Both the position numbers and the translations under genes were made by a program. Positions 1 to 8,680 of a stretch of DNA of 64,000 nucleotides are shown piece by piece. The notes under the pieces are model-generated. The model saw only the letters and a program-made list of their open reading frames with translations, was not told the origin of the DNA and ran no database searches. How positions within the stretch are numbered: the stretch's first letter is position 1; each line of letters begins with the position of its first letter. The stretch comes from Patescibacteria group bacterium (lineage in GTDB: Bacteria > Patescibacteriota > Microgenomatia > Levybacterales > UBA12049): positions 333,356 to 397,355 of the forward strand of contig JBBTTO010000002.1 in assembly GCA_038064195.1 (NCBI GenBank), given 5' to 3'.

Positions 1-3000
1 GACTTACCCGTCTGCATGAAGCTTTTGAGTCTGAGTCCAAAAAGCTTGATGAGATTGCGGATACGTTGGCACGACTCTTAAAGAGTCTTCGAACGGGAAG
101 TGTTCTTTCAGAGGATGAGTACTACAAGCTCATGGAATATGAAATCCCTGTTTTCTACACCATCAAAACCGGTTCTGAGGCACTTAATGAGCTTATTATT
201 TCCTTAGATCTCTCACAACTGATTGTCGATCTGCGTAAAGAAGCGGAAAAAGCCAGCGGACAACGCTATCTTAAAATCATAAAGCGTCTCAGGCTCATTG
301 AGAATATGCGTAAGGCGACCGTTGATCCGGCAGCTATGATTCTGACAATCTTACCTGTCATCCCGCCTGATCTCCGTCCTATGGTCCAGCTTGCAGGAGG
401 CCGCTTCGCAACCTCAGATTTAAATGATTTGTATCGTCGTGTCATCAATCGTAACAACCGCTTAAAGCATTTAATGTCACTTGGCGCACCGGAGATTATC
501 CTGCGTAATGAAAAGCGCATGTTACAGGAATCAGTTGATGCACTTATTGACGCGTCACAGCGCGGCAGTCAGGCTATTGCTTCTCCGCTTCGTTCGTTAT
601 CAGACATGCTTCGTGGTAAGCAGGGACGTTTCCGTCAGAATTTACTCGGAAAGCGTGTCGATTATTCAGGACGTTCAGTCATCGTTGTTGGGCCTGAGTT
701 GAAGCTCACTCAGTGCGGACTGCCTAAGGAAATGGCACTTGAGATGTTTAAGCCGTTTGTCCTGCGTGAGGTTATCCTGCGGGGCCTTGCTACCAACATC
801 AAATCAGCTAAACGGTATATTGAAAAGCGACCGCCTGAAGTCTTTGATATCTTAGAGGAGATCACTAAGAATCATCCGGTGCTTCTTAACCGTGCTCCAA
901 CACTTCACAAATTAGGTATTCAGGCTTTCTATCCGGTACTTATTGAGGGGTCAGCTATTCAGCTCCATCCTTGTGTCTGTACAGGTTATAATGCCGACTT
1001 TGACGGAGACCAGATGGCGGTCCACATCCCTCTTTCACAAAAAGCTCAGGAAGAGGCTATCGCACTCATGCTGCCAAGTCACAACCTCTTAAAGCCGGCT
1101 GACGGATCTCCTATAACCCTTCCTAACAAGGAGATGGCACTTGGAGTCTACTTCTTAACATCAGTTGATGAGGCACTCATCCGTCCTACTGAAGAGCAAG
1201 TCTATTTTGAGAACGAAACAGCCGCAATCATGGCTTATGACATGGGGAAAATAAAGCTCAAGCAGCCTGTCCAGGTTCGTGTCACCAAGGACGGCAGTCA
1301 TCAGCTGACTGAGACTACAGTCGGACGTATTCGTTTTAATGAACTGCTGCCTAATACATTTGAGTATGTTAATACCTCAATTAATGCAGCCGGGATTAAG
1401 AAGTTAATTACCCAGGCAATGAAGTTGTGTACCCCTGAGGAAGTTACAGTCCTTATTGACAGTATTAAGTCGCTCGGCTTTTACGGAGCAACTATTTCAG
1501 GGCTTTCAGTCTCTGTTTTTGATACTGAGATGATTCCTGAGAAAAACGGCATGATCGGTGAAGCAGAGACGAAAGTGGCCGGAATTGATAGTGAGTACCA
1601 GCGTGGGCTTATCACACTTGAGGAGAAAAAGCGTCTCTCAAATGACGTCTGGCTTAAGACCACAGATGAAATTGCACGCAAGACATGGAATAGCTTTAAA
1701 TCCAATAATCCGATCAAAGTAACCATTGATTCAGGAGGATCACGTGCCGGAGTTGAGCAGATCAAACAACTTTCAGCTATCCGTGGACTTATCGTTGATC
1801 CGCTCGGTAAAATCGTTGAGCTTCCTGTCAAGTCCAACTTCCGTGAAGGTCTCTCAATCTTTGAATATGTCGCTTCAGCCCGCGGATCCCGTAAAGGGTT
1901 GACGGACTCAGCCTTGAAGACTGCCAATGCCGGATATCTGACCCGCCGACTTGTCGATGTCTCGCATGATGTCATCATCATGGAGAAAGATTGCGGTTCG
2001 ACAGAGGGTCTGACTATCAGTGTCACAGATCCTGAGCGTACTGCAGCTTTTGCGGATCGTCTGTACGGTCGTTATCTCTCAGCCAATGCAATGAGTAAGA
2101 CCCGTAAGGTGATCCTGAAAGCGGGCGAGGAGTTGACCGAGGACAATGTTAAGTTGCTCGTAGATAGTGAAGTCACTGAGGTTGAAGTCAGAACACCGCT
2201 TGGTTGTAAGTTAGCGTATGGCATTTGTCAGATGTGTTATGGCTGGGATTTCTCGACCAAGACGACAGTACAATTTGGTGTGCCTGTCGGTGTAGTCGCA
2301 GCCCAAAGTATCGGAGAACCGGGAACTCAGCTGACAATGCGTGTTCGCCATTTCGGAGGAGTTGTTATGAGTGACGTGACGCAGGGTCTGCCACGTGTTG
2401 AGGAACTCTTTGAGATGCGTACTCCGAAGAATTTGGCACCTATCTCAGGTCTTTCAGGAAAAGTTAAGATCGAGACGACAGAGGAAGGACATCGGGTCCA
2501 GATCCGCAACACTCACATCAAGCCTGTGGAAATTCAGGAATACTTCGTACCTTTGGCTGCCACACTCGCAGTTGAAGACGGACAGGATGTCACAGCAGGG
2601 ACAGCTTTAGCTCAAGGCTATTTGGATCCGAAAGAAGTGCTTAAGGTAGGCGGCATTATCCAGGCTCAGAAGTACTTGGTAACTGAAGTGCAAAAAGTAT
2701 ACGAATCTCAAGGTATCGGTATTAACGACAAGCATTTTGAGGTCATTTTGCGCAAGATGTCTGACAAGATCGTGGTTGAGACAGTCGGTGATACCTCACT
2801 TATCCCGGGAGACTTTGTCACTCGAGCAAGATTTGAAGAGATCAATGCTGAAATCCTTTCAGAAGGCGGCGTACCGGCTACCGGTCGACAAGTGATCCTG
2901 GGTATCACCAAAGCTGCCTTGTTCTCAGATTCATGGCTCTCAGCTGCATCATTCCAAGAGACCACCAAAGTCCTGACTGAAGCTGCTTTGGAAGGCCGTG

Positions 3001-3170
3001 AAGACAGACTCATCGGACTGAAAGAAAACGTCATCATCGGTCGCCTGATCCCGGTCGAGGGAAAAGAATTAGCTGTCGCACGTGAGATAGAGCAGGAAGT
3101 AACTGCTGAAGTTGCTGAAGCAGCAGCACCCATCACTGAGTCTGAGCCTACTGTGGAAGCTGCTGCATAA
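1..3170 (+). CDS. rpoC: DNA-directed RNA polymerase subunit beta' (5'-truncated at the window edge; reading frame begins at nt 3)
   Basis: Open frame from nt 3 to the TAA at 3168-3170. The translation carries the catalytic NADFDGDQMAVH motif and conserved beta' C-terminal regions. The ORF-track start at 66 is an internal TTG. Confidence 0.95.
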   Translation, partial: LTRLHEAFESESKKLDEIADTLARLLKSLRTGSVLSEDEYYKLMEYEIPVFYTIKTGSEALNELIISLDLSQLIVDLRKEAEKASGQRYLKIIKRLRLIENMRKATVDPAAMILTILPVIPPDLRPMVQLAGGRFATSDLNDLYRRVINRNNRLKHLMSLGAPEIILRNEKRMLQESVDALIDASQRGSQAIASPLRSLSDMLRGKQGRFRQNLLGKRVDYSGRSVIVVGPELKLTQCGLPKEMALEMFKPFVLREVILRGLATNIKSAKRYIEKRPPEVFDILEEITKNHPVLLNRAPTLHKLGIQAFYPVLIEGSAIQLHPCVCTGYNADFDGDQMAVHIPLSQKAQEEAIALMLPSHNLLKPADGSPITLPNKEMALGVYFLTSVDEALIRPTEEQVYFENETAAIMAYDMGKIKLKQPVQVRVTKDGSHQLTETTVGRIRFNELLPNTFEYVNTSINAAGIKKLITQAMKLCTPEEVTVLIDSIKSLGFYGATISGLSVSVFDTEMIPEKNGMIGEAETKVAGIDSEYQRGLITLEEKKRLSNDVWLKTTDEIARKTWNSFKSNNPIKVTIDSGGSRAGVEQIKQLSAIRGLIVDPLGKIVELPVKSNFREGLSIFEYVASARGSRKGLTDSALKTANAGYLTRRLVDVSHDVIIMEKDCGSTEGLTISVTDPERTAAFADRLYGRYLSANAMSKTRKVILKAGEELTEDNVKLLVDSEVTEVEVRTPLGCKLAYGICQMCYGWDFSTKTTVQFGVPVGVVAAQSIGEPGTQLTMRVRHFGGVVMSDVTQGLPRVEELFEMRTPKNLAPISGLSGKVKIETTEEGHRVQIRNTHIKPVEIQEYFVPLAATLAVEDGQDVTAGTALAQGYLDPKEVLKVGGIIQAQKYLVTEVQKVYESQGIGINDKHFEVILRKMSDKIVVETVGDTSLIPGDFVTRARFEEINAEILSEGGVPATGRQVILGITKAALFSDSWLSAASFQETTKVLTEAALEGREDRLIGLKENVIIGRLIPVEGKELAVAREIEQEVTAEVAEAAAPITESEPTVEAAA

Positions 3171-3207
3171 TCCCGCCCTCTCAGTTTGTCTGTTTGAGCA
3201 GATTACT

Positions 3208-3236
3208 TTCGTTCCGGAGGCTGGATGTGGTATAAT
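3208..3236 (+). promoter_or_regulatory. Sigma-70-type promoter with an extended -10 (TGgTATAAT at 3228-3236; weak -35 TTCGTT) upstream of rpsL
   Basis: TATAAT at 3231-3236 preceded by TGg. The -35 is only 3/6 to consensus. Confidence 0.45.
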
Positions 3237-3277
3237 CTGATTCTAATTAAGAATTTAGAGTTAAGAATTAATAATCT

Positions 3278-3294
3278 ATAAGGAAGTTCCTTAT
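3278..3294. repeat. Perfect 8-bp inverted repeat ATAAGGAA-g-TTCCTTAT in the rpsL leader
   Basis: Read directly. The arms are perfectly complementary with a 1-nt spacer, which has operator-like geometry. Confidence 0.5.
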
Positions 3295-3303
3295 ATAACT
3301 CTC

Positions 3304-3331
3304 AATTTTTAATTGTTAATTTTTAATTGTT
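3304..3331 (+). repeat. Heptamer-periodic AT tract (AATTTTT AATTGTT)x2 ending 3 nt before the rpsL ATG
   Basis: Tandem 14-nt duplication aatttttaattgtt aatttttaattgtt. There is no Shine-Dalgarno between it and the ATG at 3335. Confidence 0.6.
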
Positions 3332-3334
3332 TTT

Positions 3335-3751
3335 ATGCCTACATTATCACAGCTGGCCAAACAAGGCCGACATAAAAAAACGAAAAAGGTAAAAGCTACC
3401 GGTCTTCGTCGTTTTTTCAATGCAAAAGACCGCGAATATAAAGAGCTTGATTCCCCGCAAAAGCGTGGTGTCGTTACCCTCGTTAAGACCATGACGCCAA
3501 AAAAGCCTAATTCGGCTCTGCGTAAGGTAGCCCGTGTCAAGCTCTCCAATAAAATCGAGGTTACCGCTTATATCCAAGGCGTCGGACATTCACTTTCTGA
3601 GCACGGTATCGTCTTGGTCCGCGGCGGCCGTGTCAAAGACCTTCCGGGGGTCAAATACCATATCGTCCGTGGTAAATATGACCTTCAGGGAGTAGAAGGA
3701 CGTCGCTCGTCACGCAGTAAATATGGCGCGAAGATGCCACAAGGCAAATAA
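3335..3751 (+). CDS. rpsL: 30S ribosomal protein S12
   Basis: [12 protein letters not shown]...[14 protein letters not shown]...[19 protein letters not shown] is a canonical S12 sequence. Confidence 0.97.
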   Translation: MPTLSQLAKQGRHKKTKKVKATGLRRFFNAKDREYKELDSPQKRGVVTLVKTMTPKKPNSALRKVARVKLSNKIEVTAYIQGVGHSLSEHGIVLVRGGRVKDLPGVKYHIVRGKYDLQGVEGRRSSRSKYGAKMPQGK

Positions 3752-3754
3752 CCT

Positions 3755-4225
3755 ATGAGACACGCAAAAGTTACTAAAAGAGTTACAGAGCCGGATGAGA
3801 TCTATGGCAATGTCATGGTGGCCAAACTCATCAATCGCATCATGGAAGATGGCAAAAAGACGATTGCTGAGCGCAATGTCTATAACGCTTTCAAAGAACT
3901 TGAGAAAAAAGGTGATCCGATGCAGCTTTTTGAAAGGGCTATCCAAAATGTCGGTCCGAAAATCGAAGTTAAAGCCCGTCGTATCGGCGGAGCTAATTTC
4001 CAGGTCCCGACAGAAGTCAGACACGATCGCCGTATGGCCCTGGCACTGCGCTGGATCGTCGAGGCGGCCCGTAAGAAGTCCAACAAGGACTTCCACTCAT
4101 TCTCTGAGAAATTAGCCGCAGAATTCCTTGCAGCCGCCAATAACGAAGGCGATGCCATCCGCAAGAGAGACACAACCCTCAAACAAGCAGAGGCTAACAA
4201 GGCTTTTGCCCATTTTAGGTGGTAG
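3755..4225 (+). CDS. rpsG: 30S ribosomal protein S7
   Basis: Canonical S7 sequence lying 3 nt after the rpsL stop. Confidence 0.97.
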   Translation: MRHAKVTKRVTEPDEIYGNVMVAKLINRIMEDGKKTIAERNVYNAFKELEKKGDPMQLFERAIQNVGPKIEVKARRIGGANFQVPTEVRHDRRMALALRWIVEAARKKSNKDFHSFSEKLAAEFLAAANNEGDAIRKRDTTLKQAEANKAFAHFRW

Positions 4226-4245
4226 TTTCTATCTAAGGTTAGGCG

Positions 4246-4270
4246 AGAAGCTCCGAAAGGGGCTTTTTTT
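4246..4270 (+). terminator. Rho-independent terminator after rpsG (AAGCUCC-GAAA-GGGGCUU followed by U7)
   Basis: 7-bp stem with a GAAA loop and a T-run at 4264-4270. No fusA or tuf follows. Confidence 0.7.
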
Positions 4271-4284
4271 GTATTCTGATCAGA

Positions 4285-5721
4285 TTAAAAGAGGTTCCAG
4301 ACGTACTGATTGGTGATTTCGTGGTGATAGAGGATTTCTTCAGGTTTTACACGGGTGCCTAACTCGCGCGGGCAACGGAAGCTAGACGCTTCCTTAAAGG
4401 CATGGAATTTTTCTTTGTTATCTTCGCCAAGTATTTTGGCTATAAAATCGCTGCCTTTGAAAAGCCGCATGGCGTCATTGATATTTCCCGGCAGGAAGCG
4501 GAGACGATCACGCTTGCTGGTATCTTTGGTGATTCTGTCTCCTTCAAGTCCTGTGCGGATAAGTGTATAAAGAGCGAGGTAGGGGTTGGCATCAGGTGCT
4601 ACCGAGCGAATTTCAATTCTGGCTGACTTTTCATTACCTACAGGAATACGGATCATTGAGCCGCGGTCAATGGGTGAGACTTTGATCTGATTTGGTGCTT
4701 CAAAGTGCGGGTCAAGTCGTCTATAGGCATTGACACTTGAGTTAAGAATAAGACAAATATCCGGCGCGTGATTGAGCACTCTCTCGATAAAGTCCCAGGC
4801 AATTTTGGACAATCCATCCTGACCATCTTTCTGATAAAAAATATTCTTAGTGTTTTTAGCAAAAGAAAGGTTAATATGCATGCCGCTGCCGTTAATTCCG
4901 GTTACAGGTTTGGGGAGAAAAGTCGCGGTCATACCCATATTCTCGGCTACCTGGCGACAGACGAGTTTGTAAAGTTGTATCTGATCAGCAGCCCTGAGTG
5001 CTTCAGTATAGGAAAAATTCAGCTCAAACTGCGATGGGGCGACTTCGGGATGATCTTTTTCATTGTGAAAACCCATAGCCCGCTGTGCCTCGGCAGCGGT
5101 GTCAATAAAGCGTTTGAGGCGGTCTAACGGAAGCGAGTGATAATAACCACCGGTGGAGATCAATGAAAACCCGTTATTTTTTTCGTAATTGATCTCCGCG
5201 TCTACTCCATCGACCAGGAATCCCTCTATTTCTGCTGAAGCATACACATTGAGGCCTTTTTTGGTTTTAAGTTCCTTTGTCAGCTCCTGGAGAAGTCCGC
5301 GAAAATCTGAGGAATAGGAGGAACGATCCCTATTGCAGACGTTAGCAAACATGATGATTTTTCCCGGACCGAAGATATCAGCCGGAAGCCAGAAAAGGCT
5401 CGTCCAGTCAGGGTCAAGCCTCAGATCCGACTCCATCTGTGCGGTAAAACCACGGACAGAGGACCCGTCAAAAGTGAGATTGTCTGATGAATCAAGAAAA
5501 AACCTTTTATCATAGTCGAGCATATGAAATCTGCCTTCGATATCGGAAAAACAAAGCGTAACAGCTTTGATCTTTTTCTCGTCAGTCAGGTACTTGCGGT
5601 ATTCTTCTTCCTGAGCTTTAGGATCTGTATCATCCCGTTTACCCTTTGCGGTGAGATTCATCTCCTCAAGCTGGTCATAGGGGATTTCGAGGAAACTCTT
5701 TAAAGAATTATCATTATTCAT
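4285..5721 (-). CDS. glnA: Glutamine synthetase family protein (GlnA-type)
   Basis: 478 aa. Carries GS catalytic-domain motifs (SQFE, NGSGMHINLS, NAYRRL) and a beta-grasp N-terminal domain. Confidence 0.88.
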   Translation of the reverse strand: MNNDNSLKSFLEIPYDQLEEMNLTAKGKRDDTDPKAQEEEYRKYLTDEKKIKAVTLCFSDIEGRFHMLDYDKRFFLDSSDNLTFDGSSVRGFTAQMESDLRLDPDWTSLFWLPADIFGPGKIIMFANVCNRDRSSYSSDFRGLLQELTKELKTKKGLNVYASAEIEGFLVDGVDAEINYEKNNGFSLISTGGYYHSLPLDRLKRFIDTAAEAQRAMGFHNEKDHPEVAPSQFELNFSYTEALRAADQIQLYKLVCRQVAENMGMTATFLPKPVTGINGSGMHINLSFAKNTKNIFYQKDGQDGLSKIAWDFIERVLNHAPDICLILNSSVNAYRRLDPHFEAPNQIKVSPIDRGSMIRIPVGNEKSARIEIRSVAPDANPYLALYTLIRTGLEGDRITKDTSKRDRLRFLPGNINDAMRLFKGSDFIAKILGEDNKEKFHAFKEASSFRCPRELGTRVKPEEILYHHEITNQYVWNLF

Positions 5722-5788
5722 ATAATAATTAACATAAATCTAGTACTAATTAACATTAAAGTCAATAGATCAGATCACATTACTTAAC

Positions 5789-5817
5789 TTGACATAGAAA
5801 ATAAGAGTTTGTATACT
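5789..5817 (+). promoter_or_regulatory. Near-consensus sigma-70 promoter TTGACA-17-TATACT driving the T-box leader
   Basis: TTGACA at 5789-5794, a 17-nt spacer, TATACT at 5812-5817. Predicted transcription start is about 5824-5826. Confidence 0.7.
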
Positions 5818-6021
5818 GTCAATCAGTTCATACATGCGTCCCGATGTAAATCGGGGAAGTCTACCGCAGTAGACAAGGGAAGCACCATTCGGAGCCTCCC
5901 ATGCAGCGTAGGAGAAAGCGATTTCCGCATTACTACGACAGAAGGCAACTGTAAAATCAGCCAAAGCGAATTGTCCTGTAAGGGAACTAAGCGCCTAAAT
6001 AAGGATTAATCTTTTATTTAA

Positions 6022-6041
6022 GCGCCGAAAGGCGTTTTTTT
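6022..6041 (+). other. Stem III-like hairpin of the T-box leader (GCGCC-GAAA-GGCGU followed by a U-run)
   Basis: 5-bp GC stem with a GAAA tetraloop followed by U7. It sits 16 nt before the T-box sequence, so it could also act as an upstream attenuator. Confidence 0.5.
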
Positions 6042-6057
6042 ATTAGCTTAATTAAAG

Positions 6058-6089
6058 CAAGGTGGTACCACGGCTTAAGCCCGTCCTTG
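6058..6089 (+). promoter_or_regulatory. T-box antiterminator: helix A1 CAAGG/CCUUG, 7-nt bulge UGGUACC, helix A2 ACGG/CCGU
   Basis: Fits the canonical antiterminator model: a 5-bp A1 helix, the 7-nt UGGNACC bulge, and a 4-bp A2 helix. UGGU in the bulge predicts pairing with a tRNA 3' end ACCA, i.e. discriminator base A73. Confidence 0.65.
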
Positions 6090-6136
6090 TTCCTCATCCG
6101 CCAGTTGGCGGATTGGGAGCAGCGACGGGCTTTTTG
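6077..6136 (+). terminator. Intrinsic terminator of the T-box leader: AAGCCCGUC ... GACGGGCUU, then UUUUUG
   Basis: An 8-9 bp outer stem plus inner CGCC/GGCG pairs, followed by a U-run at 6130-6135. Its 5' arm overlaps the 3' half of the antiterminator. Confidence 0.7.
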
Positions 6137-6160
6137 ATGCCTGAGAGGGGGTGAAAATAT

Positions 6161-6682
6161 ATGGGAAAAGAAAACATACAATTTATAGTCGCAGATGCAA
6201 CACATATCGATGCCGCGAAAAAAGTTTCGGATTGGGTAAGTTCAAATGATGCTATGTTGCCTAAGTCACCTGAACAAGTTCTTGAGAACTTCAGTACCGG
6301 ACATGCCGTGATTGGGTACGATGGTACTGCGCTTGTCGTTCATGCGGCCTTAACTCAGGTCAATTCTGACCAGACTGCCGAAGTAGGGTCGCTTTTTACT
6401 GAAGAGACTCATCGACATATGGGACTTGCACGAGAAGCTGTCCATGTCTTACTGGAACATGGGAGAAACTTGTATCCTGACCATACACTTTATGCAATCG
6501 CAAATGAACGAAGTGCGCCACTCTTTCAAAAAATGGGTGCCAGAGAGATGCAGACAGATGAACTGGGAGATGAAGTATGGGCGTCATGTGATACGTGCCC
6601 ACGAAAGCCTGAACGAGTAGAGGGTTGTCCGTTTAAGTGTTGCGATACGCCTTTTGATCTGACACATGTTAAATCAGAATAA
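6161..6682 (+). CDS. GNAT-family N-acetyltransferase with a Cys-rich C-terminal tail (CxxC-x9-C-x3-CC)
   Basis: Acetyl-CoA motif RHMGLA present. C-terminal WASCDTCPRKPERVEGCPFKCCD looks like a zinc-binding tail. Strong SD GAGGGGG precedes the ATG. Confidence 0.8.
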   Translation: MGKENIQFIVADATHIDAAKKVSDWVSSNDAMLPKSPEQVLENFSTGHAVIGYDGTALVVHAALTQVNSDQTAEVGSLFTEETHRHMGLAREAVHVLLEHGRNLYPDHTLYAIANERSAPLFQKMGAREMQTDELGDEVWASCDTCPRKPERVEGCPFKCCDTPFDLTHVKSE

Positions 6683-6684
6683 TT

Positions 6685-7788
6685 ATGAAACTCTTAAAAC
6701 AACTTATCAGTATAGAGTCAGTTTCGGGGAATGAGAGCGCCATTCAAGAATTTATTAAAGCGTATCTTGTCACGCTGGGATTTAGCCCTACTTCCTATAA
6801 AGGAAATGTAATGGTGAAGATTTCAGGGCAAGATACGCATAAGGCGCTTATCTTTAATGCTCATGTTGATACTGTCGCTGTAGGGGAGATTTCCAGTTGG
6901 GAATATAATCCGTTTAAAGGTATTGTCGAAGATGACAAGGTTTATGGTCTCGGAGCAAGTGACGAAAAAGCAACGATAGCGGTCATGCTTCATCTTGCCG
7001 AGATACTTGTAAAGCAACCTCCAGCAGTCGATGTCTGGCTGCATTTTGTTGTGAAGGAGGAAGTAGACGGGTCAGGGACAAAAGACTGTCTGGAGTGGTT
7101 TACAGAGCATGAGAGGAGGCACTATCAAGAAGTAGCAGGAGTTTTGGGTGAACCTACCGGTCTTGCAAGTATTGAGGTAGCTCATAGAGGAAATGTCTTT
7201 CTTACTCTTACTTCCTTTGGTGATAGCGGTCATGCTTCGGATCCCGCGAAGATCAAAACGCATGCGGCTTTTGAAATGTTTGCTTTTATAAAGAAAGTAG
7301 AAGTATTGGGCAAAAAATGGGAGAAGACATATAGTGATTCAATTTTAGGTAAGCCGACGATTGGTCTTTTGACTTCGATATCAGCCGGAGACAAGCTGAG
7401 TCCGAATAAGTTTCCTGATTCCTGTACCGCAACAATTGATATTCGAACAACTCCGGCCCTACATGAGAAGGTGTTGGCCGAGATTAGTGCGCTGGATAAA
7501 AAGGTCAAGGTCTCATTTAGTTATCCACCTCTTTTTTATGGAAATACCAATTCGGATGAGAGGATTGTAGAGGTAGCAAAAAGAGTGACAGGTTGTCCAC
7601 TCGATATGTCTACCTGGTCAAACGATTTATGTTTTTTTACTGAGCATAGTATCCCGACTATAGTTTATGGACCGGGGAATAAAGAAAGGATTCATAATGT
7701 AAATGAATATTGTGAAGTAGCTAATTTACAGAAATGTCTGAAGCAGTACCAGGGGATAATAAAGGCGTTTGGCGTTACTGGATTGTAA
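6685..7788 (+). CDS. M20-family metallopeptidase/deacylase (ArgE/DapE-like)
   Basis: Carries HVDTV...GASDEK...E M20 motifs and lies 3 nt after the GNAT gene. Confidence 0.85.
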   Translation: MKLLKQLISIESVSGNESAIQEFIKAYLVTLGFSPTSYKGNVMVKISGQDTHKALIFNAHVDTVAVGEISSWEYNPFKGIVEDDKVYGLGASDEKATIAVMLHLAEILVKQPPAVDVWLHFVVKEEVDGSGTKDCLEWFTEHERRHYQEVAGVLGEPTGLASIEVAHRGNVFLTLTSFGDSGHASDPAKIKTHAAFEMFAFIKKVEVLGKKWEKTYSDSILGKPTIGLLTSISAGDKLSPNKFPDSCTATIDIRTTPALHEKVLAEISALDKKVKVSFSYPPLFYGNTNSDERIVEVAKRVTGCPLDMSTWSNDLCFFTEHSIPTIVYGPGNKERIHNVNEYCEVANLQKCLKQYQGIIKAFGVTGL

Positions 7789-8455
7789 TGCCGAGGATTT
7801 TGTCGCCGATTGCGATTTTATCTACCACATCGAGTCCTTCCGTCACCATGCCAAAGTTAGTATAAGCACCATTAAGATGACTTGAATCTTCTTTAGTGAC
7901 AAAGAATTGCGAATCATTTTGTACTTTTCCGTCTCCTCTACTGGCTGCGCCCAGGGATCCGCGCAGGAATGGTTTATCATTGAATTCAACAGGTATACTA
8001 CCCCCACCTGTGCCGTCTCCTTTTGGATCTCCTCCCTGGATCACCCAATCTTCAACTCTGTGGAATGTCAGATTGTTATAGTAGCCGTCTTTGGCTTTTT
8101 TGATAAAATTTGCCACTGTGTAAGGAGCGTCTTCACCATAGAGGACGAGGGTGATGTCGCCTTTACTCGTCTTAATTACGGCTGTAGCTGAGGCGGTTTT
8201 GTAGCTTTCAAGGGAAGCTTGAGTCACTGGAGAAGATTGAGCGGTTTGTTGTTGCTGTTGTTGTAACTGATTTTGTCCTTGTTGACTGAGAGGGGGAGTT
8301 TGGGTAATAAAGTCCATTTGTTGGGGGATCTGGGTAATTGAAACCTGACCTTTAGGGGGTGTACTCAGTCCCAGGTATCCTGCCTGACTACTATAAAAGA
8401 GAACAGCAAAAATAGCAATGATAACAATGAGAATAGTCAGCTGGATTTTATTCAT
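7775..8455 (-). CDS. Membrane-anchored cyclophilin-type peptidyl-prolyl cis-trans isomerase
   Basis: N-terminal TM segment, a Gln-rich linker, then FHRVEDWVIQGGDP...GTGG cyclophilin core. Confidence 0.85.
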   Translation of the reverse strand: MNKIQLTILIVIIAIFAVLFYSSQAGYLGLSTPPKGQVSITQIPQQMDFITQTPPLSQQGQNQLQQQQQQTAQSSPVTQASLESYKTASATAVIKTSKGDITLVLYGEDAPYTVANFIKKAKDGYYNNLTFHRVEDWVIQGGDPKGDGTGGGSIPVEFNDKPFLRGSLGAASRGDGKVQNDSQFFVTKEDSSHLNGAYTNFGMVTEGLDVVDKIAIGDKILGITIQ

Positions 8456-8680
8456 TTGGATATTGTAGCAATTTATTTTGGTTTGACAAGCTCTTCAGAG
8501 AATACCACTTCTTTGCCTTGTGAGCTCCAATCAGGTACAATTACCACAGTAAAACGCTCTTCATTCTCAAAGCCTACAGCTTTGCATCATGATATCGCGT
8601 CTACGTGGCAAGGCACTCATTGAATTTCGGTAGAATATTCGCCGTTCCCAAAGATTATACGTTTACGGAGCAGACAAACT

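Larger units (their letters stand above)
5825..6140 (+). promoter_or_regulatory. T-box riboswitch-like leader RNA (about 315 nt) upstream of the GNAT-M20 operon
   Basis: The sequence is highly structured: GNRA-capped hairpins and nested stems. It contains the AGAAGGCAA specifier-like motif at 5940-5948, a Stem III-like GC hairpin at 6022-6035, the T-box sequence AAGGUGGUACCACGG, and a mutually exclusive antiterminator and terminator. Confidence 0.65.

Noticed and set aside
66-68. TTG at 66 as the rpoC start
   Set aside because: It is an internal codon. The frame is open from nt 3, and beta' sequence continues upstream of the window.
5825-6045. Considered that the ~220-nt structured transcript ending at the GCGCC-GAAA-GGCGU-U7 hairpin is a stand-alone sRNA (6S, SRP RNA, RNase P RNA, tmRNA) or a glutamine (glnA-motif) riboswitch
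   Set aside because: Five observations count against a stand-alone sRNA. There is no SRP domain-IV motif. There is no RNase P P4 pairing, since the candidate CR-I-like segment forms a local hairpin instead. There are no tmRNA termini. The element is antisense to glnA. The downstream T-box sequence, antiterminator and terminator fit a single T-box leader much better, with this hairpin as Stem III.
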